Assembly (NCBI GenBank): GCA_965601925.1
Contig: OZ271854.1
Coordinates: 1,056,001 to 1,120,000 of the forward strand
Source of the DNA: Alkalispirochaeta sp.
Lineage (GTDB): Bacteria; Spirochaetota; Spirochaetia; DSM-27196; Alkalispirochaetaceae
DNA length: 64,000 nucleotides
Direction: 5' to 3'
The position numbers and the translations under genes were made by a program. The notes under the pieces were generated by a model. That model saw nothing but the letters and a program-made list of their open reading frames with translations, was not told where the DNA came from and made no database searches. Positions 1-9,960 of the stretch are shown here, piece after piece; position 1 is the first letter of the stretch, and the number at the start of each line of letters is the position of its first letter.

Positions 1-91
1 CGATGAGGCTCCACCGGTCGCCGATCGCCTCCAGGGTGAGATTGATCGGACAGCCCGATCGATGGTTCTCCTTCGGTGAAAACGCATTCAT
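1..91 (-). CDS. HxlR-family winged-helix transcriptional regulator (5' part only; runs off window)
   Basis: Not in the ORF track. Reverse strand from ATG at 91 reads MNAFSPKENHRSGCPINLTLEAIGDRWSLI, the typical HxlR N-terminus (CP....L..IGDRW). Confidence 0.85.
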   Translation of the reverse strand, partial: MNAFSPKENHRSGCPINLTLEAIGDRWSLI

Positions 92-134
92 ATTCCACTT
101 GCATGTTACCATCAGTCGTGATAGAGTTACAACC

Positions 135-151
135 AGTTGCACTACGCAACT
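135..151. promoter_or_regulatory. Inverted repeat AGTTGC-N5-GCAACT, candidate HxlR operator
   Basis: Perfect 6-bp arms between the divergent HxlR and SDR genes. Confidence 0.5.
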
Positions 152-227
152 AGATTCCGATCATCGGCAGCGATGCTGCGGAGGAACGGATGGGAACGCC
201 GCGCGGTGCAGACGAGGGGTGCCACGT

Positions 228-977
228 ATGAACATCCAAGACCGAGTCGCTATCGTTACCGGCGGGGCATCGGGCATCGGCCGCGCCACCGTAGTCGCCC
301 TCGCTGCACGGGGCGCACAGGTTGTGCTCGTAGACGTCGACGCAGCGGGAGCGCGCCGAACGATGGAACTCGCAGGCGGTACTGTCGTGTTTCGACACTG
401 CGACGTAGCGAACGGCGGTGAGTTAGCGGGAACCTTCGATTGGACCGTCGAACGCTTCGGGCGCGTCGATATCGTGGCGAACATCGCCGGCGTAGGTGGT
501 GTCGATCTGTTAGCGGACAATGGAGGCGACTGGCGCCGCGTGATCGATATCGACCTCGCGGCGGTGATCGACTCGACGAGGCTGGCCGTGCGTCACATGA
601 CGAGCAGCGGTCGTGGCGGCGTGATCGTAAACATGGCGTCGCAAATCGGGCTTTATCCGATGGCCGCCGCTCCGGTGTATGGCGCCGCCAAGGCAGGGGT
701 CGTGCATTTCACCCGGTCGCTCGTTTACTTGGCGAACGATGCGAACGTTCGCGTCAACGCCATCTGCCCGGAACTGGTAGATACGCCGATGGCGGCGGTT
801 TTGGGCGAAGATGTCATGGCCGAACTGCGAGACGCCGACAAGGTCCTTGTTCCCGCGGATATCGCGGATTGCGTGATCCAACTTATCGAAGATGATACGC
901 GCGCCGGTGCCGTTCTCGAGATTTCCAAGACCACCGGCGCCACGTTTGTCCGACACACCATACACCAGGAGGAATGA
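228..977 (+). CDS. Short-chain dehydrogenase/reductase (SDR)
   Basis: TGGASGIG Rossmann motif, YGAAK catalytic motif. ATG at 228 follows GAGGGG. Confidence 0.93.
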   Translation: MNIQDRVAIVTGGASGIGRATVVALAARGAQVVLVDVDAAGARRTMELAGGTVVFRHCDVANGGELAGTFDWTVERFGRVDIVANIAGVGGVDLLADNGGDWRRVIDIDLAAVIDSTRLAVRHMTSSGRGGVIVNMASQIGLYPMAAAPVYGAAKAGVVHFTRSLVYLANDANVRVNAICPELVDTPMAAVLGEDVMAELRDADKVLVPADIADCVIQLIEDDTRAGAVLEISKTTGATFVRHTIHQEE

Positions 978-983
978 AACGCC

Positions 984-1376
984 ATGTCGTCACCAAACGC
1001 CGAAATCGTTCGCCGATGCTTCGAAGCCTACGTCAAACAGAAACCCGATCTGTGGCTGAGCTTGGTAGCCGAAAATTTTCGCTTCACCAGCCCGTACGAC
1101 AACCGGATCGACCGACGGGCTTTTCTGCGGCGCTGTTGGCCCGCCGGTCCCCGCATGGCCGAAATTCGCCTCAAGCGAATAGAAGCGGTCGGAAATACCG
1201 TGTTTGTCAACTATGTCGCGCGCGTGGGGTCGGGTGACGAGTTTACCAACGCTGAGATCTTTACCGTCCGCGACGGCCTGGTGCAAGAAGTCGAGGTGTA
1301 CTTCGGCTGGAGTCTTCCGCATCCCGCGGCGGTAGGGAGTTGGATCGACCAAAACGCGGGAGACGCCGATGGCTAA
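984..1376 (+). CDS. SnoaL-like/NTF2-family protein
   Basis: 130 aa; FRFTSPYDNRID...CWP and EVEVYFGW motifs; AGGAGG RBS. Confidence 0.85.
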   Translation: MSSPNAEIVRRCFEAYVKQKPDLWLSLVAENFRFTSPYDNRIDRRAFLRRCWPAGPRMAEIRLKRIEAVGNTVFVNYVARVGSGDEFTNAEIFTVRDGLVQEVEVYFGWSLPHPAAVGSWIDQNAGDADG

Positions 1377-1968
1377 TGTGTTGTGGCACCTTACGATGTC
1401 ATTGGATGGGTTCATCGCCGGCGCGAATGACGACATGGGCTGGGTTCTTCCCTATGCGGCCCCGCATCCCGTCTCCGACGAGACCGTTGATGAGGTGATC
1501 GGACGGGTCGGTGCAATACTTTCCGGCAGGCGCGGGTACAACCTTGGGCGCAGGCCCGGGCTGGACCAGAAGTTCCGCAAGCCCTTCGGCGGCGCGTGGA
1601 CAGGACCGGAGTTCATCTTGACCCATCATCCTCCTGAAGACGAGGACGATCCCGACTACACTTTTCTCTCCGGCGATATCACGACCGCCGTCGATACCGC
1701 CCTGCGCGCCGCCAAGGGAAAGGAACTCCTTGTTCTCGGAGCCGACGTCGCGCGGCAGTGCATTGCGGCGGGACTGATCGATGAGATTCTCGCCCATGTC
1801 GCACCGATCCTACTGGGTACGGGGGTACGGTTCTTCGGTAGTGATTGGGTCAGGTCCGATGCCGATGTAATCTCCGATAGCCAGCGCTTTTCCACGACTG
1901 CCCTGGAGGCGGTAGAAGTGTTGGTCGCCGGGCAGGTATCGATTCTTCGTTACAGAGTCGTCAAATAG
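1369..1968 (+). CDS. RibD C-terminal/DHFR-like protein
   Basis: MSLDGFIAG start; GLIDEI..HVAPILLG.G.RFF motif. Confidence 0.9.
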   Translation: MANVLWHLTMSLDGFIAGANDDMGWVLPYAAPHPVSDETVDEVIGRVGAILSGRRGYNLGRRPGLDQKFRKPFGGAWTGPEFILTHHPPEDEDDPDYTFLSGDITTAVDTALRAAKGKELLVLGADVARQCIAAGLIDEILAHVAPILLGTGVRFFGSDWVRSDADVISDSQRFSTTALEAVEVLVAGQVSILRYRVVK

Positions 1969-1991
1969 ATGGCACAGGTGGAGGAGACTGC

Positions 1992-2558
1992 ATGCGAAAA
2001 GTTGTTTTATCGATGTTTGTGAGTCTGGACGGGTATATCGAAGGGCCGAACAAGGAGTTTATCGCGCCACCGTGGTCGGCCGACATGGACCGGTGGACCG
2101 CGGAACTGCAGGACTCGGGCGATGCGCTGGTGTTCGGACGGGTCTGTTGGCAGGGCATGGTCGAGTATTGGCCGCGGGCCGAACGGGAGCCGAGCAGCGA
2201 TGCCGAGGCGAAGCTCGCCCGATACATGAACCGTGTTCCAAAGTACGTCTTCTCTCGGACCCTCGAATCGGCCGACGCGTGGTCCGCGAGCACGATCGTT
2301 CGAGAAGACCCGGCAACGGCGATCGCCGAGCTCCGGAAGCGGCCGGGCGGTGACATCGTCGTGTTAGGCGGCGCCGCGTTGGCAGGAGCATTCATGAGGC
2401 ACGACCTGTTCGACGAGTATCGCCTTTTGGTTGCGCCGCAACTCTACGGCGGCGGTACGCGACTCTTTGCCGACGACCGCCCGCGATCGCAGTTACAGCT
2501 TGTCGAACATCGGGTGATGGATACGGGGGCGGTACTCCTAAGGTATGGGAGAAGATAG
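1992..2558 (+). CDS. RibD C-terminal/DHFR-like protein
   Basis: MRKVVLSMFVSLDGYIEGP, KYVFSRTL, DEYRLLVAP..GGG.RLF motifs. Confidence 0.92.
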   Translation: MRKVVLSMFVSLDGYIEGPNKEFIAPPWSADMDRWTAELQDSGDALVFGRVCWQGMVEYWPRAEREPSSDAEAKLARYMNRVPKYVFSRTLESADAWSASTIVREDPATAIAELRKRPGGDIVVLGGAALAGAFMRHDLFDEYRLLVAPQLYGGGTRLFADDRPRSQLQLVEHRVMDTGAVLLRYGRR

Positions 2559-2587
2559 TCGCGGAACGGGGAGAGAGGAGCGCTTAC

Positions 2588-3454
2588 ATGAACAGAACAC
2601 TTCGATTGAACGGCGTCGAGATCGCAACGGAATCGTTCGGGAGTCCGTCGGACCCCGCTGTACTTCTCATTATGGGTGCAATGGCGTCCATGCTGTGGTG
2701 GCCGGATGAATTTTGCAGACGCTTGAGTCATGCCAGCTTTTTCGTCATTCGCTATGATAATCGAGATACCGGCCTTTCTACGTGGTACGAGCCGGGCGAG
2801 TCGTCATACGGATTTGACGACATGGCCGCCGACGCGGTCGCCGTGCTTGATGAGTATGGTGTCCCAAAGGCCCATATCGTCGGCATGTCTTTGGGAGGCG
2901 GAATCGGTCAACTGACCGCTTTGCAGTATCCGGAAAAGGTCGCCTCGCTGACCGCCGTCAGCACTTCGCCGTTCGGCATCGATACCTCAGATGTGCCTCA
3001 AACTACGGAGGCTTACATGGCCCATGCCGCCGGCTTCTCCGCAATAGATTGGAATAACAGAGCACAGGTCATCGATTTTTTGGTGAAGGACGCTCGGATG
3101 CTCGCCGGTTCCGCCGGACCATTTGATGAGAGGGCCGTGCGCGCCTTTGTTGAGCGAGATTATGACCGAGCTCGAAACTATCCGAGCGTCACAAATCACT
3201 TTGCCTTGCAAGAGGGAGAGGCTTGGCACGGTCGGCTTCCCGAACTTCGCCCGCCTCTGTTGGTCATACATGGCACGGAGGACCCTATCTTTCCCATCGA
3301 TCATGGCCTTCTGTTGGCTCGGACCGTACCGGGGACTCCGTTTGTCCGGCTGGACGGGGGCGGCCACGAGCTTCACGACGTTCATTGGGACACGATTATC
3401 TCGTCCATCGCCGAGCACGGGAGAAACGCAGCAGCCGGTAGAGATGCAAGATAG
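2588..3454 (+). CDS. Alpha/beta hydrolase, EstX/EstT/RdmC-like esterase
   Basis: ESFG.P.DPAVLLIMGA, RYDNRDTG, nucleophile GMSLG, HGTEDP, GHE. Confidence 0.88.
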   Translation: MNRTLRLNGVEIATESFGSPSDPAVLLIMGAMASMLWWPDEFCRRLSHASFFVIRYDNRDTGLSTWYEPGESSYGFDDMAADAVAVLDEYGVPKAHIVGMSLGGGIGQLTALQYPEKVASLTAVSTSPFGIDTSDVPQTTEAYMAHAAGFSAIDWNNRAQVIDFLVKDARMLAGSAGPFDERAVRAFVERDYDRARNYPSVTNHFALQEGEAWHGRLPELRPPLLVIHGTEDPIFPIDHGLLLARTVPGTPFVRLDGGGHELHDVHWDTIISSIAEHGRNAAAGRDAR

Positions 3455-3501
3455 GCCAGATACGATGCACGCGGTACGCGACAGCCAATGGAGGAATGCA
3501 T

Positions 3502-4159
3502 ATGACACGAGTTCGAGTGGAAGGGTTTTCCATCTCCCTCGACGGATACGGAGCAGGCCCGAATCAGGACATCGATAATCCACTCGGGGTCGGTGGGACG
3601 GACCTACATCCATGGCTCTATCCGACACGCACGTTCAGGCGGGCCCTGTTTGACAAAGACGGCGGCACGACGGGAGTCGACGATGATTTCGCCGCTCGTG
3701 GCTTTCAGAATATTGGAGCCTGGATTCTCGGAAGAAATATGTTCGGACCAATTCGCGGTCCTTGGCCGGAGGAGAACTGGAACGGCTGGTGGGGGGGACA
3801 GCCCGCCCTATCATGTCCCGGTCTTCGTCTTGACGCACCACGCGCGGCCGCCGGTCGAGATGAAGGGCAACACGACCTTTCATTTCGTCACCGGCGGCGT
3901 TCACGAGGCGCTTGACCGGGCACGCGAGGCGGCGGGCGGGATGGACGTACGCATCGGCGGTGGGCCCAACACGATCCGGCAGTATCTTTACGAGGGCCTG
4001 ATCGATGAGCTCCACATTGCCATTACGCCGGTTCTGTTGGGCGATGGAGAACGACTGTTTGAAGGGGTGGACGTGCGCGCATTGGGATACGAATGCGTTG
4101 AGTTTGTGGCGTCGGATAAGGCTACTCACGTCGTTCTGCGGAACCGACGGAGTGCATGA
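3502..4159 (+). pseudogene. RibD C-terminal/DHFR-like protein, frameshifted in G7 run at 3791-3797
   Basis: The N-half (FSISLDGYGAGP...GWWG) and C-half (DSPPYHVPVFVLTH...) are in different frames. Removing one G restores WWGDSPPYH. May be a sequencing error. Confidence 0.85.
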
Positions 4160-4345
4160 TGCGCCCCCTTCGCTACTCGATCGACGTCACATGAGACGGG
4201 TGCTGCGATCATCGCGCGATTCCCGCGGACGAGGAGCTCCATCGTCACGCGCCGGAGACGCTCGCACAGGCCGATGCGCTCCTCTTCAGCCGGATAGTCT
4301 ACGAAATGATGGAGGCGGCGCGGCGGCCGCCCGCGCGCACGTTGT
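4156..4345 (+). pseudogene. Truncated RibD-C/DHFR-like remnant with in-frame stop
   Basis: Reads MMRPLRYSIDVT*DGCCDHRAIPADEELHRHAPETLAQADALLFSRIVYEMMEAA. TGA at 4192; similarity lost after about 60 codons. Confidence 0.8.
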
Positions 4346-4411
4346 CCGAACGCCGAGTTTAGAGTCCCGGCACGCTGTTCGCGCATTGCCGACCGGGCCA
4401 AGGAGACGATC

Positions 4412-4759
4412 GTGGAAGTTCAGGAACTCTTTGCAGTCGCCTGCGTGTCGAATATGGAGCGCAGTGTCGAGTGGTACACCGGTCTGATCGGACGCGAGCC
4501 GGACGACAGACCGATGGACGGCCTCGTTCAATGGCGCAACCTCGGCGGCGCCGGACTGCAGTTGGTGCTGGATGCCGAGAGGGCGGGACGGAGCCTCGTC
4601 ACCATTGTGACGCCCAAGATGGATGATTCGCGGAGCGAGCTCTCGTCGCACAACCTGGAGCTTGGGCCGGATATCCGGGGCGACTATGCCGTTATCGCCC
4701 AAATACGTGATCCCGACGGCAACGAGATAACACTCACGGAACCACCGGAAGGAATGTGA
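4412..4759 (+). CDS. VOC/glyoxalase-family protein
   Basis: SVEWYTGLIGREPD and DPDGN motifs; AGGAG RBS with GTG start. Confidence 0.88.
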   Translation: MEVQELFAVACVSNMERSVEWYTGLIGREPDDRPMDGLVQWRNLGGAGLQLVLDAERAGRSLVTIVTPKMDDSRSELSSHNLELGPDIRGDYAVIAQIRDPDGNEITLTEPPEGM

Positions 4760-4815
4760 GAGCGGCAGACGGAACGCGGATGCCGCGGTGTGGGCGCGCA
4801 CCAAGATGGTACGAC

Positions 4816-6018
4816 TCAAGCTCTCTCCGAGGGCGTTCCCATCACGTCGTCGAGGCGATGGTCGTTGATATCGGTGGCAATTCCTCGATGATGCCAGTGA
4901 GCCCGACACCCGCAGTAGTCGAGGAAGACGCACTGCGAGGCGATGCCCAGACGCCTAAGCTCCAATCCTCCCGGCATGAGATGAAGGGGACAGGCGACCC
5001 CGACCACCCCAACACCTCGACCGACCGCCCAGGTCTTAAGCCAGGCGCTGAAATCGGAGGAGTGCGGCACGATACGCACCGCGAACCTCACTGCGCCGTC
5101 TTTGCCGCGCCGTCGGACGCGGTCCACGGCGCACGTCCGATCGCACCCTACGCATTCCAAGTAGTGTCCGTGGCGTTTCGCGTGACAGAGGCCGTCCGGT
5201 TTGCTCCTCATGCACGCAGGCAACAAGACGTGTTTCTCCACCGTCGATGCGAAGTCGTCCTTCATCGCCCGGTTCATGATCTGTGCGCCGACGAGACTGA
5301 GGGCGTAGTCACGCTCGAAGCGGGTACACAAAAGGTAGTCCTCACGCCATCTTCTCCGCGCACGCGCGCGCTCGGCGTAGCCGTCGACGTGGGCGGTGAA
5401 GGGCCCAAAAAACGACCGATATCCGCGAACGAAGAGGTCGGCGAGCTCCGCGATCGCGGCGTACACCCTGAGCCGCTCGGAGGGGCCGACTCGACCTATA
5501 TACCGAATTAGGAATGCAAGGCGCTTGGCGTCCTGGGAGAGATCGCCGCCGGCGCGCATCCAACGCCACAACGCCTCGAGAGATCGACGTCGAATAGGCG
5601 TCGCCGAGGCGCGGTCCTTTCTGAGCCAAAGGGTACCGAGAATGCCGCGAATCGGGTCGATCACTCTCTTTTTGAGTACCCTGTTGACCGTTCGCATCTC
5701 GTATACGGCGTGTAGTACCGCAGCCTCGATGCGGGAGAGACTTCCGGCTGCGCGCCCGTACTCCCGCCACAACACGCCGACGCTCATGAGGTCGAACAGG
5801 TACTCCTCGATGCTACGCGCCCGTTCCGCCCGTGTACTCACCACGAAATCGCGGTATCGCCGCACCGTCGTTCCCGTCTCCGCGGAGACCCGACGGAGCA
5901 ACGCGTCGACGAAGAGCGGCAGGCCGCGATAAAACGAGTCGGAGTTACCCGTACTCCCGCGAAGATCGTAGGTAACGGGCCTCGCGAGCGCTGTGGTCGT
6001 CCCGGGTGCGGTGATCAT
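4816..6018 (-). CDS. DUF116-domain protein (Cys-rich C-terminal domain)
   Basis: LLPACMR...C...C.GC...C, VPHSS, GVAC...L..GG, LDYCGC..HW motifs. Start approximate. Confidence 0.75.
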   Translation of the reverse strand: MITAPGTTTALARPVTYDLRGSTGNSDSFYRGLPLFVDALLRRVSAETGTTVRRYRDFVVSTRAERARSIEEYLFDLMSVGVLWREYGRAAGSLSRIEAAVLHAVYEMRTVNRVLKKRVIDPIRGILGTLWLRKDRASATPIRRRSLEALWRWMRAGGDLSQDAKRLAFLIRYIGRVGPSERLRVYAAIAELADLFVRGYRSFFGPFTAHVDGYAERARARRRWREDYLLCTRFERDYALSLVGAQIMNRAMKDDFASTVEKHVLLPACMRSKPDGLCHAKRHGHYLECVGCDRTCAVDRVRRRGKDGAVRFAVRIVPHSSDFSAWLKTWAVGRGVGVVGVACPLHLMPGGLELRRLGIASQCVFLDYCGCRAHWHHRGIATDINDHRLDDVMGTPSERA

Positions 6019-6159
6019 AGATACCGTAGATTGTATCACCGTTACGGAAACGGAGTGCGCCGGTATCCGCGAATACACGCCTCCGTGCTCACTGGAGTAA
6101 GGAACATCCCAGTCTTGTGAGGATTCGCGGTTTCGACACAGACCGTGAAATGGTACCGC

Positions 6160-6555
6160 CTATCGAGTTACTTGATACATTTGAATCAGGTTGCCGCACG
6201 TGTCGTCGAAAACGCTTACAACGGCATCGCCGGTATCGGTCGGCTCAACCGTAAACTCCACGCCCAAGGCCTTCAGCCGTTCGTACTCTCCGTGAATGTC
6301 GTCAACCTCGAAGGCGGTGAAGGGAATACCATCGGCAACGAGCGATTCCTTGAGCGCCTTCATCGCCGGGTACTCGGCGTTCGGCTCCAGCAGCAACTCG
6401 GTGCCGTGAGGTTCTTCCGGCGAAACGACGGTGATCCAGCGCGCATCGCCTCCGAGCGGAATGTCGTGTTTCTTCACGAACCCCAGTTTCTCCGTATAGA
6501 AGCGCAACGCCTTGTCGTAGTCATCGATCGATACACTGGTGAGTCGTATCTTCAT
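6160..6555 (-). CDS. VOC/glyoxalase-family protein
   Basis: MKIRLTSVSIDDYDKALRFYTEKLGF...FDDTCGNLIQ; overlaps the AraC stop. Confidence 0.93.
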   Translation of the reverse strand: MKIRLTSVSIDDYDKALRFYTEKLGFVKKHDIPLGGDARWITVVSPEEPHGTELLLEPNAEYPAMKALKESLVADGIPFTAFEVDDIHGEYERLKALGVEFTVEPTDTGDAVVSVFDDTCGNLIQMYQVTR

Positions 6556-6929
6556 GCGGAGCTCCTCTCTTTCAGAATGTGCGTGGCCTCCCGACAATCG
6601 AGCTTTCGAAACGCGCCGGGACTGAGACCGAAATACCTCTTGAATGCCTTGCCGAAAGCGGCATGGGATGCATACCCGGCCGCCAACGCCACCTCGGTGA
6701 TGTCCACCGCGCCCATACGCAGTTTGTATCCCGCCCGCTTCAAGCGTACGCGACGAATGTAGTCCGCGGCGCTTTCGCCGGTGGCTGCAGTAAAGGTTCG
6801 GTGGAGGTGCGGTACGGAGTACCCGGTCAGTTTCGCAAGGACGCTCCGGTTGAGCGGCTCGTCAAGGTGATCACGTATATATCGCCGCGCCTCCGCAACG
6901 AGCGCTTGGCGTTCTTGAAGTCTCCGCAT
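6552..6929 (-). CDS. AraC-family regulator (stand-alone HTH domain)
   Basis: YIRDHLDEPL...HLHRTF...ITEVALAAGYASHAAFGKAFKRYFGLSP. Start may be a GTG a few codons upstream. Confidence 0.9.
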   Translation of the reverse strand: MRRLQERQALVAEARRYIRDHLDEPLNRSVLAKLTGYSVPHLHRTFTAATGESAADYIRRVRLKRAGYKLRMGAVDITEVALAAGYASHAAFGKAFKRYFGLSPGAFRKLDCREATHILKERSSA

Positions 6930-7043
6930 ATTGGTCACCACATCGACAGTATATCCGTGCACCGGGCGATTCGCTATTCCAAGCGTATCATCGCACGCGC
7001 GCGGCGGCCGGGCGGCGGCGGTTCCGATCGCTATATTTGTCAC

Positions 7044-7701
7044 ATGAGCTGGTGGGATGCCGCGTATCGCAGCGGCGTGGTGAACTGGGATCCCGGCGAG
7101 TACGACCGTCACCTTCCGCGGGTGATACGGGAGTTCGACATTGCGCCGGGGCGCGTGTTGGATCTCGGATGCGGCACCGGAAAGAGTGCGATCTGGCTTG
7201 CCGAGCGCGGATTCGATGCAACCGGGATCGATCTATCTCCCGCGGCCATTCAACAAGCGCGACGGTCGGCGCAACGACGGGGCGTGGATGCGCGGTTCAT
7301 CGCGGGGCGCTTTCCGGAGGAGTTCACGCTCCCCTCCTCGGAGCCGAGGAATCGCGACAGACGCCCGGGGCCCGCCCACGAGCGGACTCTTGACGTGTAC
7401 GATACGGTGGTCGATCGCGCCTCGATCCAGCACATGGGACGCGGCGGCGAGCTGAAATCGATAATGACGGCCGTCGCCGCGCTTCTGCGCCCCGGCGGAC
7501 TCATCTACAGCCTCGTGATTGCGGGATTCGGCGTGCCCCGCGGATGGGGAATGGGTGTGTGGAACGAGTCGGCGATCCGTTCGCTCTTTGCCGCCCCATT
7601 CACGCCGCGTCATATCGAGCGAACGGTGTTCACCCCCGGGCGAGGCGGGCTCCGTACCGGCCTGGTTAGTTGTGGCGCAACGCCGGGATACCGGACCGTA
7701 G
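7044..7701 (+). CDS. Class I SAM-dependent methyltransferase (TPMT/TehB-like), apparent frameshift at 7633-7640
   Basis: WDAAY, VLDLGCGTG, GIDLSP motifs. A natural C-terminus (GEAGSVPAWLVVAQR, stop 7701) lies in another frame after CCCCCGGG. Confidence 0.8.
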
Positions 7702-7723
7702 GCGGTGCCGCCGAAGGCCGTCT

Positions 7724-8476
7724 CTACGCCGTTTCGCCCTTTCTCATCGTTCGTCCGGCGCGCTTACAGATGCGGACCGTCTCCTTCGCCTCGCTTTCCC
7801 GCAGCCACCGTTCACACGTCTCGGCGACCCAATCGGCCCGCGTCTTTGACGCGTCGTTGAGCCAGTTGGCGACCGAATCCTGCACGTACTTTTCCGCATC
7901 GGCCTTCAACGGATCGAGAATAGGTAAGCCGAGTTCGGGGTACTCCTTCAAACGCTCGATGTGGGCGCACCAGACGCCGCGCGGTCGGGTGAGCTCACTC
8001 GCGAAGCGCCGTACATAGGCCGATTCGTCGTTCACCCAGGGAGCGAGGATAGCAATCGCTGCATCGATGTCGACGGCGACATCGTCTCTGAGGGCGAGCC
8101 ACGCCCACTCCCGCACACCGAAGTGATCGTCGTCCGCCAAGGAACGGATACGACGCAGCCGGTCGATGAGGGTCAAGTCGGGCAGGCGAGCGAGCACAAA
8201 GGCGGCGAGGCCCCGCATCGTATCGGATGCGTGCGTACGGAACCGCTCGAATGCGTCGACGCCGTAGGTCTCGTACAACGCGTCGGCGGACTTCGCAAAC
8301 TTCCGCGTGATGCCGTCTTTCGGATGAAACGCCAGGGCGTGGGAGTCGACCTCCGGCGCAACGGCACCCAAAAGTTTCACGAAATCGACGGAAAGCCCTT
8401 CGGCGAGATTGGCGGTCTGTCTTGTGCCGGCGTTGAGTTCGGCAACTATCTCCGGGGGAACGTCACGTGGTCTCAT
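7724..8476 (-). CDS. HEAT-repeat DNA alkylation repair protein (AlkC/AlkD superfamily)
   Basis: DDHFGVREWAWLALR, VRRFASELTRPRGVW, YVQDSVANWLNDASK motifs. Confidence 0.9.
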   Translation of the reverse strand: MRPRDVPPEIVAELNAGTRQTANLAEGLSVDFVKLLGAVAPEVDSHALAFHPKDGITRKFAKSADALYETYGVDAFERFRTHASDTMRGLAAFVLARLPDLTLIDRLRRIRSLADDDHFGVREWAWLALRDDVAVDIDAAIAILAPWVNDESAYVRRFASELTRPRGVWCAHIERLKEYPELGLPILDPLKADAEKYVQDSVANWLNDASKTRADWVAETCERWLRESEAKETVRICKRAGRTMRKGETA

Positions 8477-8612
8477 CTCGATACGAAGGTAGTCAATCCC
8501 GGCGGTGATGGGAAAGCGGACGGTGCTCGGTAGCCGCTCCCCGTCGCGACGAAGAGGCTCGCCCGGCGCCGGGCACGGACTCGTCGCTCCGTTCACGGGG
8601 CGTCGACGAGTC

Positions 8613-9029
8613 TCAACTCAAGACGAAGAGTATAGCAGCGACCAAAAGCGCACCGGTCACGTGGTAGGCGCCCGTCACGGCGCCGTAGAGCAAAGGCATG
8701 GGAGTCTTCGGGTTGATCGCGTTATTGAAGGAGATCGGAACGGAGTACCCGACGCCGACGATGAGCCCCAGAACCAGGGCTTCGGAGAACACCGCGATCT
8801 CAAGAGCATTGATGAGTATCGACGTGGCGAGCGTAACGACGAAACTACTCACACCGGGGCCGACATAGTATATCGGCGACCATCTATGCCCCTTCACCCT
8901 CTCGAAGCCGAGCGCCCGGTCATACATCGTCCCAAAGAGCGGGGTGAACCAGAGTGCTCCCAGTAAATAGTAGGCGAGAGTCGCAATCACGATCGCCATC
9001 CAGCTCAATCCGGCGAACACGGGATACAT
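8613..9029 (-). CDS. DUF1761-family membrane protein
   Basis: Four hydrophobic segments; LGALWFTPLFG motif; GGAGG RBS. Confidence 0.85.
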   Translation of the reverse strand: MYPVFAGLSWMAIVIATLAYYLLGALWFTPLFGTMYDRALGFERVKGHRWSPIYYVGPGVSSFVVTLATSILINALEIAVFSEALVLGLIVGVGYSVPISFNNAINPKTPMPLLYGAVTGAYHVTGALLVAAILFVLS

Positions 9030-9086
9030 ACGCTTCCTCCTTCGATCTCTACGGCAAAGACGATCGCCGACGGTATATTGTCTTCC

Positions 9087-9953
9087 ATGGGAGTCCGTAT
9101 CGCAAGAATCGAAGTCCCACGGGACGAGGATATCACGGCTATCGAAACGCTGGTGAGGCGGTGCAACGCGACCGACGGTACCGGCTATCAGTATCAGAAC
9201 GACGACGACTTCCGAAGAGACGGAGAGGCGAGCGCGTTCCTACTGCACACCGGAAGCGAACTTACGGCGGCGGCGACGATATTCGCGCCGCAACGAGACG
9301 AGGGCGAGGTGACCGCATATACCGCGCCTCATGCACGCCGACGCGGATACTTCGGAACGCTGGTGCGCGAAATCGATAGGGAGCTCGTTGCCAGGGGGAT
9401 CGGGAGCATCCTGTTCGTCAACGACCGACGGTCCGATGCCGGCAAGGCGGCGGTCGAGGCTCACGGTGCGCATCACGAGTTCGCCGAGTATGCGATGGAA
9501 TGGACCTCGTCGGCGGGCGCGAGCGAGAGCTCTTTACCGCCGCGTCTCACGGTGCGACCGACGGCGCCGGCGGACGTAGGACGGCTCGCTCTCGTGAACA
9601 ACGAGTCATTCGGCGAAGAGGGCGGGGCCGACTTCATCCGCGAGCTGCTGGCGTCGGAGACTCGCATTCCCTACACGATCGTCCTCGACGACTACGCGAT
9701 CGGGATGATAAGCGTCATTGATGAGGAGCGCCAATACTACATACACGGGTTTTGCATAGATCCGGCGTATCGAGGCAGGGGATATGGAGCTGCGGTGCTG
9801 CACGAGTTTGTCCGGCGACTTCACAACCGTTCGCCCGGGAAAACGATACGACTCGAGGTCGAAACGAACAATGAGTCGGCGCTGACACTCTACACTAAGC
9901 TCGGTTTCTCGGTCGTTACGGTCTTTGACTATTACCGTCGACCGCTTTTCTAA
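9087..9953 (+). CDS. Tandem GNAT acetyltransferase
   Basis: Two acetyl-CoA motifs (ARRRGYF, YRGRGYG); NESALTLYTKLGF. Confidence 0.9.
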   Translation: MGVRIARIEVPRDEDITAIETLVRRCNATDGTGYQYQNDDDFRRDGEASAFLLHTGSELTAAATIFAPQRDEGEVTAYTAPHARRRGYFGTLVREIDRELVARGIGSILFVNDRRSDAGKAAVEAHGAHHEFAEYAMEWTSSAGASESSLPPRLTVRPTAPADVGRLALVNNESFGEEGGADFIRELLASETRIPYTIVLDDYAIGMISVIDEERQYYIHGFCIDPAYRGRGYGAAVLHEFVRRLHNRSPGKTIRLEVETNNESALTLYTKLGFSVVTVFDYYRRPLF

Positions 9954-9960
9954 CGGGCCG

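Noticed and set aside
6579..8018. 479-aa ORF as a single protein
   Set aside because: It overlaps real minus-strand genes at both ends. Only 7044-7640 is methyltransferase-like, and the extension results from a frameshift.
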